A stretch of 64,000 nt of DNA, from the NCBI GenBank assembly GCA_002189035.1, contig NEEC01000016.1:930001-994000 (forward strand), in the 5' to 3' direction. Positions 46,367-59,456 of this stretch are shown piece after piece. The notes under the pieces were generated by a model. It searched no databases. It had not been told where the DNA came from and saw only the letters and a list, made by a program, of their open reading frames with translations. Within the stretch, counting starts at the first letter, position 1. Each line of letters begins with the position of its first letter. The stretch is from Utricularia gibba (Eukaryota; Plantae; Magnoliophyta). The position numbers and the translations under genes were made by a program.

Positions 46367-49305
46367 CTAGTCACTGACCTTTTCGTGCGTGAAGGCTGTG
46401 GGAGGAGAGGAACTGTAGCTAGCTTGCTCTAGAAAATGATTCATGCTCTCTTGAGCAAATTCTCTCAGATTGTTGAGCTCGGGAAGAACTGTCTTCCCAA
46501 GATCAGGCCTATCTTTTCTCCTTAACTCTGCACATTGGAGTCCTAGTTTGGCCATGGCGAGTGCTTCCTCCAAGGGCCAGTCATGGACATAAGAATCCAG
46601 TACTTCAGAGATTGCGCCCTTGTCCACTGCTCGACTGACGATGTGGGACAACCCCATCGCGGGTTTTCCTGTCAGGATTTGTAGTAGCACAATACCAAAT
46701 GAATACACATCGGATTTCACACCAAGCATCCCTGTTTGTTGATACTCAGGGTCTATGTAGCAAAACGTTCCTGCTGTTGAAGTTAGCCGTAGCTGTGTCA
46801 CATCATCAGCTATGGAGGGAGGAACAAGCCTGGCCAAACCAACATCACTGATTTTGCTGACGTAATTTTGGTCCAGAAGAATGTTTCCGGGTTTTAGATC
46901 ACGGTGGACTAAAGGCTCTGGCTTTGTTTGATGCAGGAACTGCAATCCGGTTGCAATCTCTGCAGCGATTCGAAACCGCACTTGCCAAGAGAGTGGCCGG
47001 GTGTTCCCTTTCCTGAAGAGACGATCTTCAAGGCTCCCATTTGCCATGTACTCATAGACAAGACAACCATATTCTGGGCATGCTCCAAGAAGGAGAACCA
47101 GGTTCGGGTGTCTCAAACAACTCAAAACCTCAACCTGTTAGAGATTTGTTTTTGTAGCCAATTGAGAAACATCTATCATTGCAATGAATGCATGACATAA
47201 CTGTATATATACCCAAAGCTTACTTCTTGATTGAATTGTGCTTTCCCTTGAGCAGCATCAGGACGCAAAACTTTTATTGCAACAGGGGTATGATCGAGGT
47301 GACTCTTATATACAGGACCATAGCCACCACCTCCAATTTTCAGGGATTCAGAGAAGTATTTTGTTGCCTCTTCGATTTCTTCAATGCTATACCGCCTGTA
47401 TCTCAATTTCAAAACATGCTCTGTTTCACTTGACTCTGAATGAGTTTTCATTTCAATGGCTAAACGTCTCCGGGCTTCGATTTCAGCAACTCTTCTTGCT
47501 GCTTCAGCGTCCTCCAATGCTGCTTTATACTTTGCTCTCTCTTGCTCAGCACTCAGTCTGGCTGCTTCCTCTGCGAATCGAGCAGCTTCCAGCCTTTTTT
47601 CTTCTTCCGTTCTCCAGCGATTAAGTTCAACAGCCTATGCTTTCAGAGAAAGTGTTATCTGCTAGAGAGATGAAATTCTGAACTACATGGACTTTGTGAT
47701 TCCACTCACCTTTTGTTTTGCAGTCAATGCCTCCCTGCAAGCTGTGCTGTACATTTCCATAGTTTTCTGCAACTCAGCTTTCAATCTTCTCATTTCAGTT
47801 TCTGCATCATCCTTCATTTATTCCAAAACAATACCAGGCGTTAGCAAATCATAGTAAAGTCTTACTATCTGTGTTCACAAGACAAGGCATTTACACTTTC
47901 AAGCGATGATGTCGAAAAATCAGTTATGAAACTTTGTTCACTCCCTTTAGTCCCCGATCCATAGCTACTTGCGGAGCTAGTTGAAATTCTTGAGTTTCTC
48001 CATGAATCAGGCGCATCAAACAGAACACCCGAGACTGGATCAATAGGCATATCTGTGCTTGGTCTACTGGAGCTCACAAATGATATATCACTCTCTGTTT
48101 CCATCGAATCAGCAAGCATGGTCGGATCATAACCTCTTTCCTTGGTTAAAGGTGATCTGTTTGAAGAATTATTCACATCTCCATCAACATCCCTCTCATG
48201 GCATTCAACAAGAAAAGCAATTTTAGCAGGAAAACTTACCTGAATAAATCAAAATCCTCCATAACATTAGTCTTCCGGTGTGTCCTGTCTGTTGTAGTTC
48301 AAATGAGATTACTTATCACATGAGCAATCCAGGAGGTTCTATTGCAAGCTAAGGGATTATTCTACTACATCTCAGGAAAAGGTGCAATGCTAGAACAGCA
48401 TAAGAAGGATTCAAACAAACCTCTGGCATGGGACATGTGCCGGGGGAATGGACCAGGGGAGCTAGGCACACTGGTACCATTACGCTTCTGCAGTTGCTGT
48501 ATTTGAGGAAGGAGGGGAGATGTAAATGGGGCCATTCGAGATGCATTTCGAACCGATGATATCTTTGACTTAGAGATCGTATAAACTGTGCAGAAATCAG
48601 GGGAGGCTTTTGAAACACTACTAGGGATATCCATGGCTTTCAGTCTTCTGCAATATCAGAAACAAGGAATTGTGTTAAACTCTTGTAGCAATTGCTGCAG
48701 CTACATCAATGAATCATTCGAAGAAAAGGGGTGTTTACTTGAGAAAGCCACGGTGGGATGCACCCAAGACCAAGTTCTCAATTGCAGCATGAGCAACATA
48801 CTCTACAATCATCTTTGGAATATCTGGGTCCTCTAGAACAACATCAAAGCATTGTATCTGTGAAACAATCATCAAAACTGTGAATTCAAAAATGAATCAT
48901 CAACATACCCATTCCCTGAAAAACAAATCATTCAAAAAGCACCCACATCTTTTCGAGTGCAGAAGCAATGAAAGGTGAGGAACAGCTCTCGGACATGACT
49001 TTCAAGCAATTGAAGGTCAGCTGATCCAGAACCGATCAATCCATTTGAATTATATTTGTCTACAGATGAAAGCGAGAAGAATGAGCAACAACCCATCCCA
49101 GAAAAAAAGACAAAATCTGGAATTTACGCGAGGAGTTCGCAATGCAGTGAATGAGAATCACGGTTTGGCCTTTGGAAAGGAGATTATCGACAGTCCATTT
49201 GATCGCATGTTGGCTTCCTTTATCTTTGTCGATTGCCACAGCAACCAAAGCATTTCGACCTCCAGCTTTTCCACCATTCCCACTTTTGGGGCTCGAACTC
49301 CACAT
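46367..49305 (-). CDS. USP-domain (adenine nucleotide alpha hydrolase-like) receptor-like cytoplasmic kinase, PUB/RLCK-IXb-related; no C-terminal U-box seen
   Basis: VAVAIDKDKGSQHAIKWTVDNLL USP N-terminus; coiled-coil; kinase motifs KIGGGGYGPVYK, VAIK, HRDLKPGNILLD, SDVGLARL, GTFCYIDPEY. The last codons may be spliced at 46378 to a short RNST* exon ending at ~46303. Confidence 0.92.
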
Positions 49306-50248
49306 TTTCTTCCAAACGTAAGCTTTCTATCTTCTGAAGAAAAATGGAAATTTTGTTGGTCTCCAACTTTTTCTCCATACGAAACTCGAGAACATTGACG
49401 TGAAAGTACAAATGGCGCGGCGTGAATCTCTCATGTTTCTGCTACCAATAAAAGGCAGACAATTGATGGCGCTAAGTCGCAAAATGTCACCATCGATAAA
49501 AGGGTAATCGTGCAGTCAACACACCAGCCAGAAAATAGAAAACTGGAGAGAAATGTGGAGAAACTGGAACGATAATCAAGTGTGTAGTGTAGAGGATCGG
49601 TGTTTTAGTTGGGGCCAGAGGTGAGCCGATGGAGACATGGGTATCTATCTCGTAGCACTACAAGAATCAACACACAACCCCATGAATGACTGATGATCTG
49701 ATTCTTTGTAGACCCACTAACTCGCAGTAACTTGTCCACTGGAGGATCTGTGGAGGATGCCGGTCTGGTGGTTGATGAAGCTCTGTGTCTCATCCCTTCG
49801 ACAAAACTTGATCCTTGGTGTACTCCAAGCCAGAGTGATGACTTAATGGTGGTTGGCAGTGGAATCCAATGTGGGAACTTCGGCATGTTTGTAACCTTAC
49901 AGCTAGCTAGGGCTCACTGTATGGTTTGTCGAGTTTTTGCTTGAATGGTGGAGAAGAGCAGCGCCTTCTTCTCTTGTGCATTCTGTTTTCCAGTTTAGAA
50001 TCAAGCATTTGCTGTATTTTTCCATATCCAAGTTTGACATAAACGGAGGCTGATATCAAAAAACAGTATCTGGATCTTGATGATCGTCGGTGGGGGTTGC
50101 CAGAAAAGTAGGAAGAAACTCTCTATTATGGTTGATCAAAGTTCACAATAATTTGGGTAAGATACAATTCTGAAATACTATTGTTCATTCGTATGGGAAG
50201 AGTAGGAAGAAACAAAAACAAAAAAGAGATGCACTGTCCTCCCCCGAG

Positions 50249-53200
50249 TCACAGTGCAGCTTCTGCGAGAGGTAACTCTTGAAATGCAGGATTGATGGGA
50301 AACATCATGTTTTGAGCAGTATTCGCCATCAGTTGGTCCAACAGCACAAGAGCTGCCATCGCTTCCACCATTGGAACGGCTGCAGCCCAACAATTCGTCA
50401 TTCAAGAACCCATATTTTCACCAAAGAAGGAAAGACAAGCTATGCGTCTGGAATATGGCGCACATAGAGTGGCCAGCAATAATGAAGAACTTACCTCTAG
50501 GAACAACGCAGGGATCATGGCGACCTCGAGCGATGAGCTCCGTCTCATGCTTGTCTCTAGTAACAGTGTTCTGTTTCTTCTGCATACAGAGTCGAGATAA
50601 AATCTCATTCTATGTACGTTTTCAGAGTTCGCAAAAGCAAACAAGCAAGCAGAGAATTAGAACAAACAGATATAGTTGATGTTGGCTTGAAAGCTATTCT
50701 CATGTTGATGATCTCTCCATTTGATATTCCACCCTGAAGCCAGGAAGGCACAGAGGAATGTCTGAGAAGTACAGTTCGACATTTGATGAAAAGCACCGGG
50801 ATCAGAATTCTCACCTGAATTCCACCAGACCGGTTGGTTTTTGTTCTGATTTGGCCATGTTCATTTATGTAAAATTCATCATTATGCTCACTCCCCGTCA
50901 TAAACGTACCTGTTATTCACATTATATGATTCAGCATAGCAATTACCATGGCAGAAGTCTCAACTTAAGCCTTCTCTCACCAGAAAATCCACTGCCAAAC
51001 TCAAATCCCTTGGTTGCAGGAAGCGACATCATGCCTTTGGCGAGTTCTGCTTCCAGTTTGTCAAAGACAGGAGAACCAAGCCCCTGAAAAGGTGAAACAT
51101 ATGAGGTTCCATGAGCAAGAGTGAGAGTGCGTCTGAGAGAGAAAAGAAACAGGAGTCTTACCCGGGGAACATTTCGTGCAATACATGTGACAACTCCCCC
51201 AACTGAGTCACCCTCACCCTAATAGCATCAATTGCATCAATCATTTTTTCTGCATACTCAGGATCCGGGCACCTTACAATGTTATCCTCAATCTAGCAAA
51301 TGTTATGCGCCAAGACAATTATTAGTGCAATCGAGATATTGAAACTGGGGAAAAAACAGTGTTCACTTCGAACGTTCCTGAAGGTGGCAACTCATTTACA
51401 CAGCATCTGACAAAAGAAAACCTATTCTGATGTTTCTATATAAATGAAAACAAAACTGAAAATCTTTGCAATGAAAGAACTTCAAAACTCATGACGCCAG
51501 TTATGCATCTTAAAAGATGCATCCCAAGTAAGATGATTACCATATTTGTTCTGTTACAGCTAATAAAATACGCAGGATTCAGCACATTTGATAGTAAAGG
51601 GAAAAATGAATGATATGAATACAGTACCTGCTCAAGAGTCAGAGTATGGTGATCCACCAAATTATCAGGAAGGACAACTTTGTGAGCTTGTGAAACATAG
51701 GCAATGATCTGCAAGGATAACATTAAAAACATAGTTCAAGACAATGTGCCACCTTAGCTACATCCAAGAGCAACATTTACTTGCCTCCACTCCAGCATAC
51801 AGCTTCAGAATTTTCTTAGCCACCGCTCCAGCTGCAACTCTGCCAATAGTTTCTCTAGCAGAAGATCGACCACCCCCTGGATTTTCAAAAAATCGGAAAG
51901 CATGATCACTCACAAAAATTGTAGGATTATGACGTATTCACATCTCAACGCAAATGTAGAAAAACATGAAAAATTTCCATTCCTTTATTATTATTCTACC
52001 TGAACTGATCTTACGCCATACTTGAAATCATATGTTGCATCAGCATGAGATGGTCTATAAGCGATTGACATTTCACTGTAATCCTGCAAAGAATTTCCAA
52101 GCTGTGATGTTAATGCAAAACACAACCACTACAAAAATCGCTGCTAAAAAAAGGTACAACCAAAAACAATAAATGAATGACCATAACACTCATAGTTTAA
52201 ATTCTACATGTCACCTTTCTGCACATTTTCCCTCTAATTAACTATTTCAAACCATATGACTAAAACGTGGTATTAAAATAATCTGGTCATGCACATACAT
52301 TCCCTCTTTGGTCCGTATTAGGCACTTCCACCTTTATTGGAGTCCCGGTGGTAACCCCTGTCAAATTCACAAGAATAAATTCATCTTATAGTCCTATGAA
52401 TTAGCTTCCAGATAAAGCTCTATCCAGCTGCAAGCTTACCATCAGCGACCCCGGATGCTATTTTGCATGTGTCTGTCTCTTTCCTGGGAGTAGTGATTCT
52501 ACTCTGACCTGGTCTCCTGAAAATTAAGCCCCAGGGATGTAAGCCAATAGAAGGTAACCCATTTAATCAATTTTTATAAAAGCGCAAACTTGCAGAAGTG
52601 TGACTGTAAAAAATGAACGAGCCAGAAGTCGCTCCGTTCAATTTCACTATATGTACAAGCATAAAAATCATTCAAGGAAAACGGCTCAAAGAATTCCTAC
52701 CTCCTATCGAGATCAACTTGGATGTCAGCTTCGGAGAGTGGAATTCTAGGAGGGCATCCATCAATAATGCATCCGACACCTCCACCATGAGATTCTCCAA
52801 AAGTTGTCACACGAAAGTAGTTACCGTATGTGCTACCAGAAGCGTGCACCTCTGTTCAAGAATCATTAGCTTTACAAATGACAGTTGCCTGCTACTTGAT
52901 CATTCATGCTTGTTCTTCGCGGAAAAATATAACCTTTATATTCAGAAATGGTTCATTATTCCGTTGCAAAATGCTAAGAAAAATAACCTTATTTGCTACC
53001 CCATTCCTCCAAACATCTATTGAGTCATCTAAATCATACTTGACCCAAAGATATCTTCCAATTAATATAACTAAAACAGGCTCTTTGTCTAACATTCACC
53101 CATTATCACCCTGAAATTATGCATTGCAACAAGGTGAATCCCACGAGGGCTTCACAAAATCAATAAGCATATTCAACCCTCCTCAATTCTCCATGTGCCA

Positions 53201-53402
53201 AGCAACCATTATCAATCCATACAAATTATTCCCCAAAACCGCAACAACGATCATACAAAAAATCCATACCAAATCGCTTAACTCGCGGATGTCGAGCGGG
53301 TAGCTGGAAGCTCGTAGACGGTAAAACAGACCCAACTCGACTGGGTCCATCGGTGGAGTAAGCCACCGCTAAAAAGTGCTTCGCGGCGAGAGAAGACACC
53401 AT
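50249..53402 (-). CDS. CS: Chorismate synthase, plastidial; two apparent -1 frameshifts in G-runs
   Basis: Transit peptide; [23 protein letters not shown]; [16 protein letters not shown]; [10 protein letters not shown]; [14 protein letters not shown]; [13 protein letters not shown]; [19 protein letters not shown]; stop at 50249-50251. Confidence 0.96.
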
Positions 53403-55129
53403 TTTTGGGTTTCAAGAGGCGAGGACTCCAATGGGATTAGGTGCGACAGAACAAATGATCAAAACAAGGAAAATAAAAGGCAGATGCAAATGGAAGAATG
53501 GTAGTTTGGTAATGGTTTGGTGGCGCTGTAAGCTGTAGCATCACCACCAACCACAGCCCAAGAACTAACATTTTTTTCACGTTTTACCTGCAGATAATTT
53601 TTACTGTTACCTCGTGAGTTTTACCGCACCCTTTTTGGGCTCAATTGGTCACAAATTTTTCTCCGTGACATCCAACTGGGCTGTCTAGCCCAGTGCGTGA
53701 CACGAGTGGGCCCTCAGTTATGGGAAAAATCGTTTTGAAAAGGCCCAAATTTTAATAAAATTATAAAACAATTTTTTTTTTACTAGTAAACATTTTTTTA
53801 TTTTTTAATGTACATATATATGATTATAAAATTTAAATAATATTTTTTCTATATAATTTTTTAATATTCAATGAATTAATTATTATGTATACCAACTTAA
53901 ATCATCAAATAATTTAATTAATTAAACATAAATTACATAATTTAGAATAATTTTGATGATGAATGTCTAAATTATTTGAAACGTTTGTCATTTCTTCAAG
54001 TTTATATGAACCATAGTGTGCAAAATGAATGATGGATGACTATTTTTTTAATTATAAGTTATTATTTTCTAATCACTAATGTCACATAAAAATTAAATGA
54101 ATTATTTGACCATGTGTCAGATATTGTGTGAAAAAAATGGTCATTTTATGCATATTTTTTTTGTTGGCTAAGTATTTGAGAGATAATATAACAATGTCCA
54201 TTGTTAATTTCATTAGATCTAATTGTAAACTTGTCATATGTGTATGAGAAAAATAAGAACATTAAACATTATATTTTTAATGTAGTGTATTGATAAAAAA
54301 AAACTATAGATGACTATTAATTATTTTTAAATTTTAATTAAAATAATTTTTAGAACCATTTCTGATATAAAAAAATAAAACTTGAATTGGAATCTTTAAG
54401 TAGAGAGAGGTGAGAATTGAAGGCCTCAGCTACCATTTGGTTTGAAAGAAGATGAGGAGAGTGGGTGTGCAGTAAAAGAGACCTGAATCCAGAACCCAAA
54501 CATGCATTACAGTTGCAGACGTGCATTCTCAGTTCTGACATGCTGACTCCTTCAACAGCGCATCCACGGTCCAGATCTCACCCACATGCCGCCCATCTTC
54601 CTCCTTTATTGCCCCGACCCGACGCTCATCAGGAATCAGTCCATGGGATTCTAAAACCCCTACTTCAACCGCGCACACATGCGGGTGTGTGCGTGTGTTT
54701 TGTGTTAGGGAAGGCTCCAGTGGAGCTGCGTGGCTCCTCTGCGAGTGCCTGGTCTGGGTGCTGAGCTCCTTCACACGCAGAGCGTTAGCATGGGAATGAA
54801 TGAAATGAGACGGTGTCTGGTTTTTCTTGCTGTTGCTCATTGGGAATCGGGATTTTCTCAAGTGATTGGTTATAACTTTCATGTTGTACGTTCGTTCAGA
54901 TGCTCGAGTAGCTCATCCCACAAAGAAATCTGCAACAAAAACACAGACACACTCTTAGTGCGCGTTTTCTAACATCTTCGCTTGATCCCAGAAAAAGAAA
55001 GCAACCCCCCTTGCTTGTATCCAGAGGTACGCCTCGAGTGTCTGAGGTTTCGAGGTCCAATGTTTGGTTAAAAAATGGTGATTTAGACCTAGCAAAACCC
55101 TACTTTGCCGAGTCTGGTTGGTTTTTCCT

Positions 55130-55240
55130 CGGATGCGAGGATATGCTTGGCTCCTCATACGCCATCCACGGAGAGCCATCGTGTTCACCGAAGGGCTCCG
55201 CATATGGCATACAGGGAGCCAGGCATATGCGTACATATGT
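55130..55240 (-). ncRNA. MIR160: MIR160 precursor hairpin
   Basis: Mature miR160 UGCCUGGCUCCCUGUAUGCCA at 55225-55205; miR160* GCGUAUGAGGAGCCAAGCAUA at 55162-55142; arms pair across a ~42-nt loop; TATA-like TATATTTA at 55530-55523. Confidence 0.97.
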
Positions 55241-58200
55241 GCGAATCTTTGCTTGTAATAAGTAAAAAATATGCGAATTTCCCAGCTCCATGCATCACCA
55301 GAAGTGCAGGTTTGCATCAGGAAATTCAACCACAAAACTGCTGAAATACTGCACAACAGTGAGGTTTAGGGCAACACTAACAACCCCTTTCCGAGAAGGA
55401 ACAAGAAACTCGAGAGAAAGATGGAGAAAACACAAACAAAAACAGTGCCTGAGCAGCAAAACGAGGAAGAAGCCGTGTGAGGGTTCTGTGATGCTGCTGA
55501 AAACCACACTGCATCGCCCCGCTAAATATAGGCAGCTGGTACAGACCCAGTGGAGGCGTGGGATTTCTTGTAATTAAATTAATAAACGAATATGTATAGG
55601 AATACATATGCACCGAAACAAAGATTTGAACTTTGAAATCTTTTTTTGTTTTTCCTTCTCTGGGTCGTAACCCAACTGTTGCTTTTATCTTCTGAAACGA
55701 AAACCCTTTTGTCTTGGAGCGTTTGGACTTTGCAGGGACGTTTGATTCCTTGCACCCACAATCACATTCCATCCCACCTTTTTAATGTGGATTTGGTAAT
55801 CCCCAAGCTTTCCATTAAGACGAACCATACTCTCTCAATCTGCAATTCAGTACCTTTTTCACGAGATTCTGAATGAGCAATTTTGAGATGTCATTAGTGT
55901 TCAAAATTGTTCTTTTGGGGCGAGATTTCTCACAATAATTATGTAAGCAAATTTGTTTTTCTGGGTAGTTGTGCTGAATTGGGGTAACTCAGAGGAGAAT
56001 GACATCAACACAAACCTAGTCCTTCATAGGTAAGTGACTGGTTTTTATGCTGCTCCGGAATCATCCCTTTTACACCAAGTAGAGTAGTGCTTTGTCTCAT
56101 CACCTCCAGGATTCCGTTTCCATTTTACCGTTGGATTCAATTGCTTCATTTGCAGTCCAACAGAATGCATTGGGCACGACACTGATCTAGGTTGATGCTT
56201 GGAGATCTATCTATGGTGACAGTGTCTAGATTGCAGGAATATTCCCTGACTCCATGTGAATCCACCAGGATATTGAGAAGAAAGTGGAAAACCCATGGAT
56301 CCAATTCTTTGCCTAATTTCACCCACAACGAGATTGGAAGTACAACAGTGCTGATTTGATTTGATTTGATCTTGCTCAGGGAGTGATACTTGAATTTCAC
56401 ATTGAGTTATACCTATGAATATAGTTTCAGTTATGGAATATGAAAATCGAATGTATCAGGGGAAACATGGGTTTCCAGGATACCATGTCACCTTTTTTGT
56501 TTTCCTTCCAAACAGAAAAAAACTGCACCATGTGTTGTCGGATAGACAGATTGTAAGTTTTGAGCTTTCAAAGGTCTACCATCATCTTTTTGAAGCATCC
56601 ACCAGAGCTACTGTAGATGATTTATTTAAGTGGTAAGGCCAGGCACCGTAATTACAGAGAGGTACCACAGCTCATATAACCAAAAAAACCTACTTTTTTT
56701 TGGAGCGTTGGAATGGAAACTTAACAAGAAAAAAAAGGGAAAACCATCTTTTAGCTGGAGCAAATAGCTAGGCTTATAAAAAAACAAACTAATGATGCCC
56801 ATATGAAGCGATGGATTTGATTCCGCTTCCTGCTTTGAGCTGAACGCATCTTCATTGGAGTTGGTAAGAGGGTGGTGAGCTACCATGCGCAATAGCAAGG
56901 ATCGGGGTTGTTCATTGTGACAAGTTTTTATGAATTATTTTTACTGGGAAAAGGATTGGATTGGATGTATATGAGTGAGAGGGGATCTGGATGTCAAGTT
57001 CACACCCATATTTTGAATCGTCAAGTCACTGTCTCAATACGAATCTTTTGCTGTCAAAGATCGAAGCTTTCATTTATGGCACACACCCTTACCCCTCTCG
57101 AGAGATTAGGTAGTGAGAGATCTGCTTAAGGCTTCTTTATCTTCTGCAACAGAACCCAAGTAACTGATTAGGGAAGATGGGGCTGTTGCAGTCAAGTTAA
57201 TTTCTACAACGTGGAGGGTAAACAGGATCCTGAAGGTAAATGGCGTTGGCAGTCGAGTTCCAGGGAATAATCAAACAGTAACTTTTCCAGCAGCTCGATT
57301 TGACATCCTGCGTGAAAATATTTACAACCCTTTCTCAAAAGATGTCGAAATATTTGATTTCTTGTGATTATGGGACCAGCTGATGCTCATCGCGGGGCAA
57401 AAGCAAAAGGCCGGTGCTGATAATCTTTTATATCAGAGGGTGGAAACTCTCTTATCGTACATCGTTTCACGGCATACAGCATTTGCTTCCGGCCATGGCG
57501 GTGTGGCCAAGACTTTAAGGTAGGACAGGACACAAACTAAATGTATTGTGTATTCAAATGAGCACTCACTTGCTAGGGCCAGGGTAAGTCAGTGATGATG
57601 CGGAGTGGTAAAAGGGGAGAGGCCGTGGTGGGGTCTTGGCTCTTTGAATTCAACCACTGAAAACGGGGCATTTGTGGTTGAAATTAAGAATTTGATGCCT
57701 TAAATACAATTGCACAAAAAATATAGATTACATTAAAAAAAATTAGATTCAATCAATTACGTAAAATCTATTATATATTTCAATGTTTCATTTGCATTTT
57801 CGAAAATGTGATTACTTATTCTAATATTTGCAAGCTTATTTATTCAAATCTCATTATATATTTTGTTACTCATTAAAAGATCAGACTCGACCAATTAATA
57901 GTTATGCAAAATCTCTTATATTTAGAAGATTGGATTACTTTCTTATAATATGTGCAAGCTCCCTCATTCAGATCTCATTACCTACGCTGCTGCTAATGTC
58001 TATTAAGGAAGAAGGAAGGGGGGAAAGGGTAACTAAAGATCATGAGCAGAAAGTGGAGAGCAGGAGGGCAGGAGCACAGACAGTTTTGTTTTGTTTTGAT
58101 TAACCAAATTCGTTGGATGGAAGAGGCGTGGCGTGGGAATCTGAATCCCCCACCCCATTCTTGGTTCTGCGTCGGGTCACCTGCTGCGCTTTTGCTTTTC

Positions 58201-59159
58201 CTGCTGGTCTTTGAAAACCCTTTTCCTGGCCGTCTTTGTTCCTGTCGCGTGTGCACTTGCCGCTGCTGCACCAAAAGCTCAGATACCATCACGCGCATGG
58301 CGCCTCGAACTCATCAGAACCCCAAAAGCTGGAAACTGAAACCACACCACAGCACCACCCTCACGGTTCCGGTTCAAACCAGCAACCATTTGTTCTGTTT
58401 CGTCCCAACTGTTACATTCCACACAACCAGATACCACATCTAACCTTAACCTAACAGTAACAGCATCCATGGTGAATTCGAATTTTAGGTGCAATCTCTC
58501 CCTCGATGTCTGCCCTGTTGAAAAAAAGCAGATTTCTAGTGAAACAAGTGCATGCCCCACAAACAACTAACATGATGTTGACCAGATATTGCTGCAGGAG
58601 TGTCATGTGCATCACTTTTTGCTACTGGGAGCTGCTGCAAACACAATAAAGGAGGGTTTTCTTTTCCCAATAAAAAAGAAATCTGTAAGCATTAGAAAGA
58701 TCCACAGAGCTATGGAATAAAGTGTTGATCTGGGAATGAAATTCTTACTTCTGCCCGATAACAGGTTTTCAAATATTACAAAATGACACATTAAATTAGC
58801 TGTATTTTCATTTTGGTAGAGAATGCATGTGAAGAAAACCCTAATTTTTAACCTAAGAAAACAAAGAGATGTTTGGAACTGTTTATATTTATTGAAAACG
58901 GTTTTAAAGTTAGTTTTGTTGTCAAATATGAATAATTTTTATTTAAAAGTACAAACATTTTTTAAAAAAATTCTTGTTTTTAAAAAGATGTAGAAACTTA
59001 GCTTTTATTTTGTTAAAATTATTTCTAAAGTAGTTTTTGAGAATTATAATAAAATATAATTAATATTTATGGATAAAAAAATATTTATTTATTATTCAAC
59101 AATACAAAAAACGTCTTAGTTATTATCTATAATGATTAAAAAACGAATTAAAAATTAGA

Positions 59160-59245
59160 TGGGCCGGGATTGTACGAAAAGAGGATCGTGGCTGGACTGT
59201 AGGCCCATTGTATTCTTGCTCGGCCCTATAATTGTACTGGGCCCA
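59160..59245 (+). promoter_or_regulatory. Site II element cluster with TATA-like sequence upstream of the rhomboid-like gene
   Basis: TGGGCC 59160-59165, GGCCCA 59202-59207, TGGGCCCA 59238-59245, CTATAATT at ~59226. Confidence 0.55.
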
Positions 59246-59456
59246 GCCCTGGCCTTTCTTTCCCAATGAACAGACGAGAGAAACATCTACATTGTTGAAA
59301 GAATGAGACGCAGAAATTCATTTGCAATTTTGTAGTAGTCAGGTGCATGTGCATGTAGTGCTGGGTGAATTTGGATGAACTGTTGTTACAGTTGACTAAC
59401 TGGGTGCTGGGATTTCTCGGTGTTTTCTTGTTGACTTGACTTTTTGTAGACCGAAG

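Noticed and set aside
54700-54790. Possible second miRNA hairpin (GAAGGCTCC...GAGCTCCTTC, reminiscent of miR159/319 ends)
   Set aside because: No mature miR159/319 sequence, and pairing is short and irregular.
57590-57700. tRNA/SINE-like segment (A-box-like TGCGGAGTGG) with a 9-bp hairpin
   Set aside because: No valid B-box or cloverleaf; not supportable as a tRNA or SINE.
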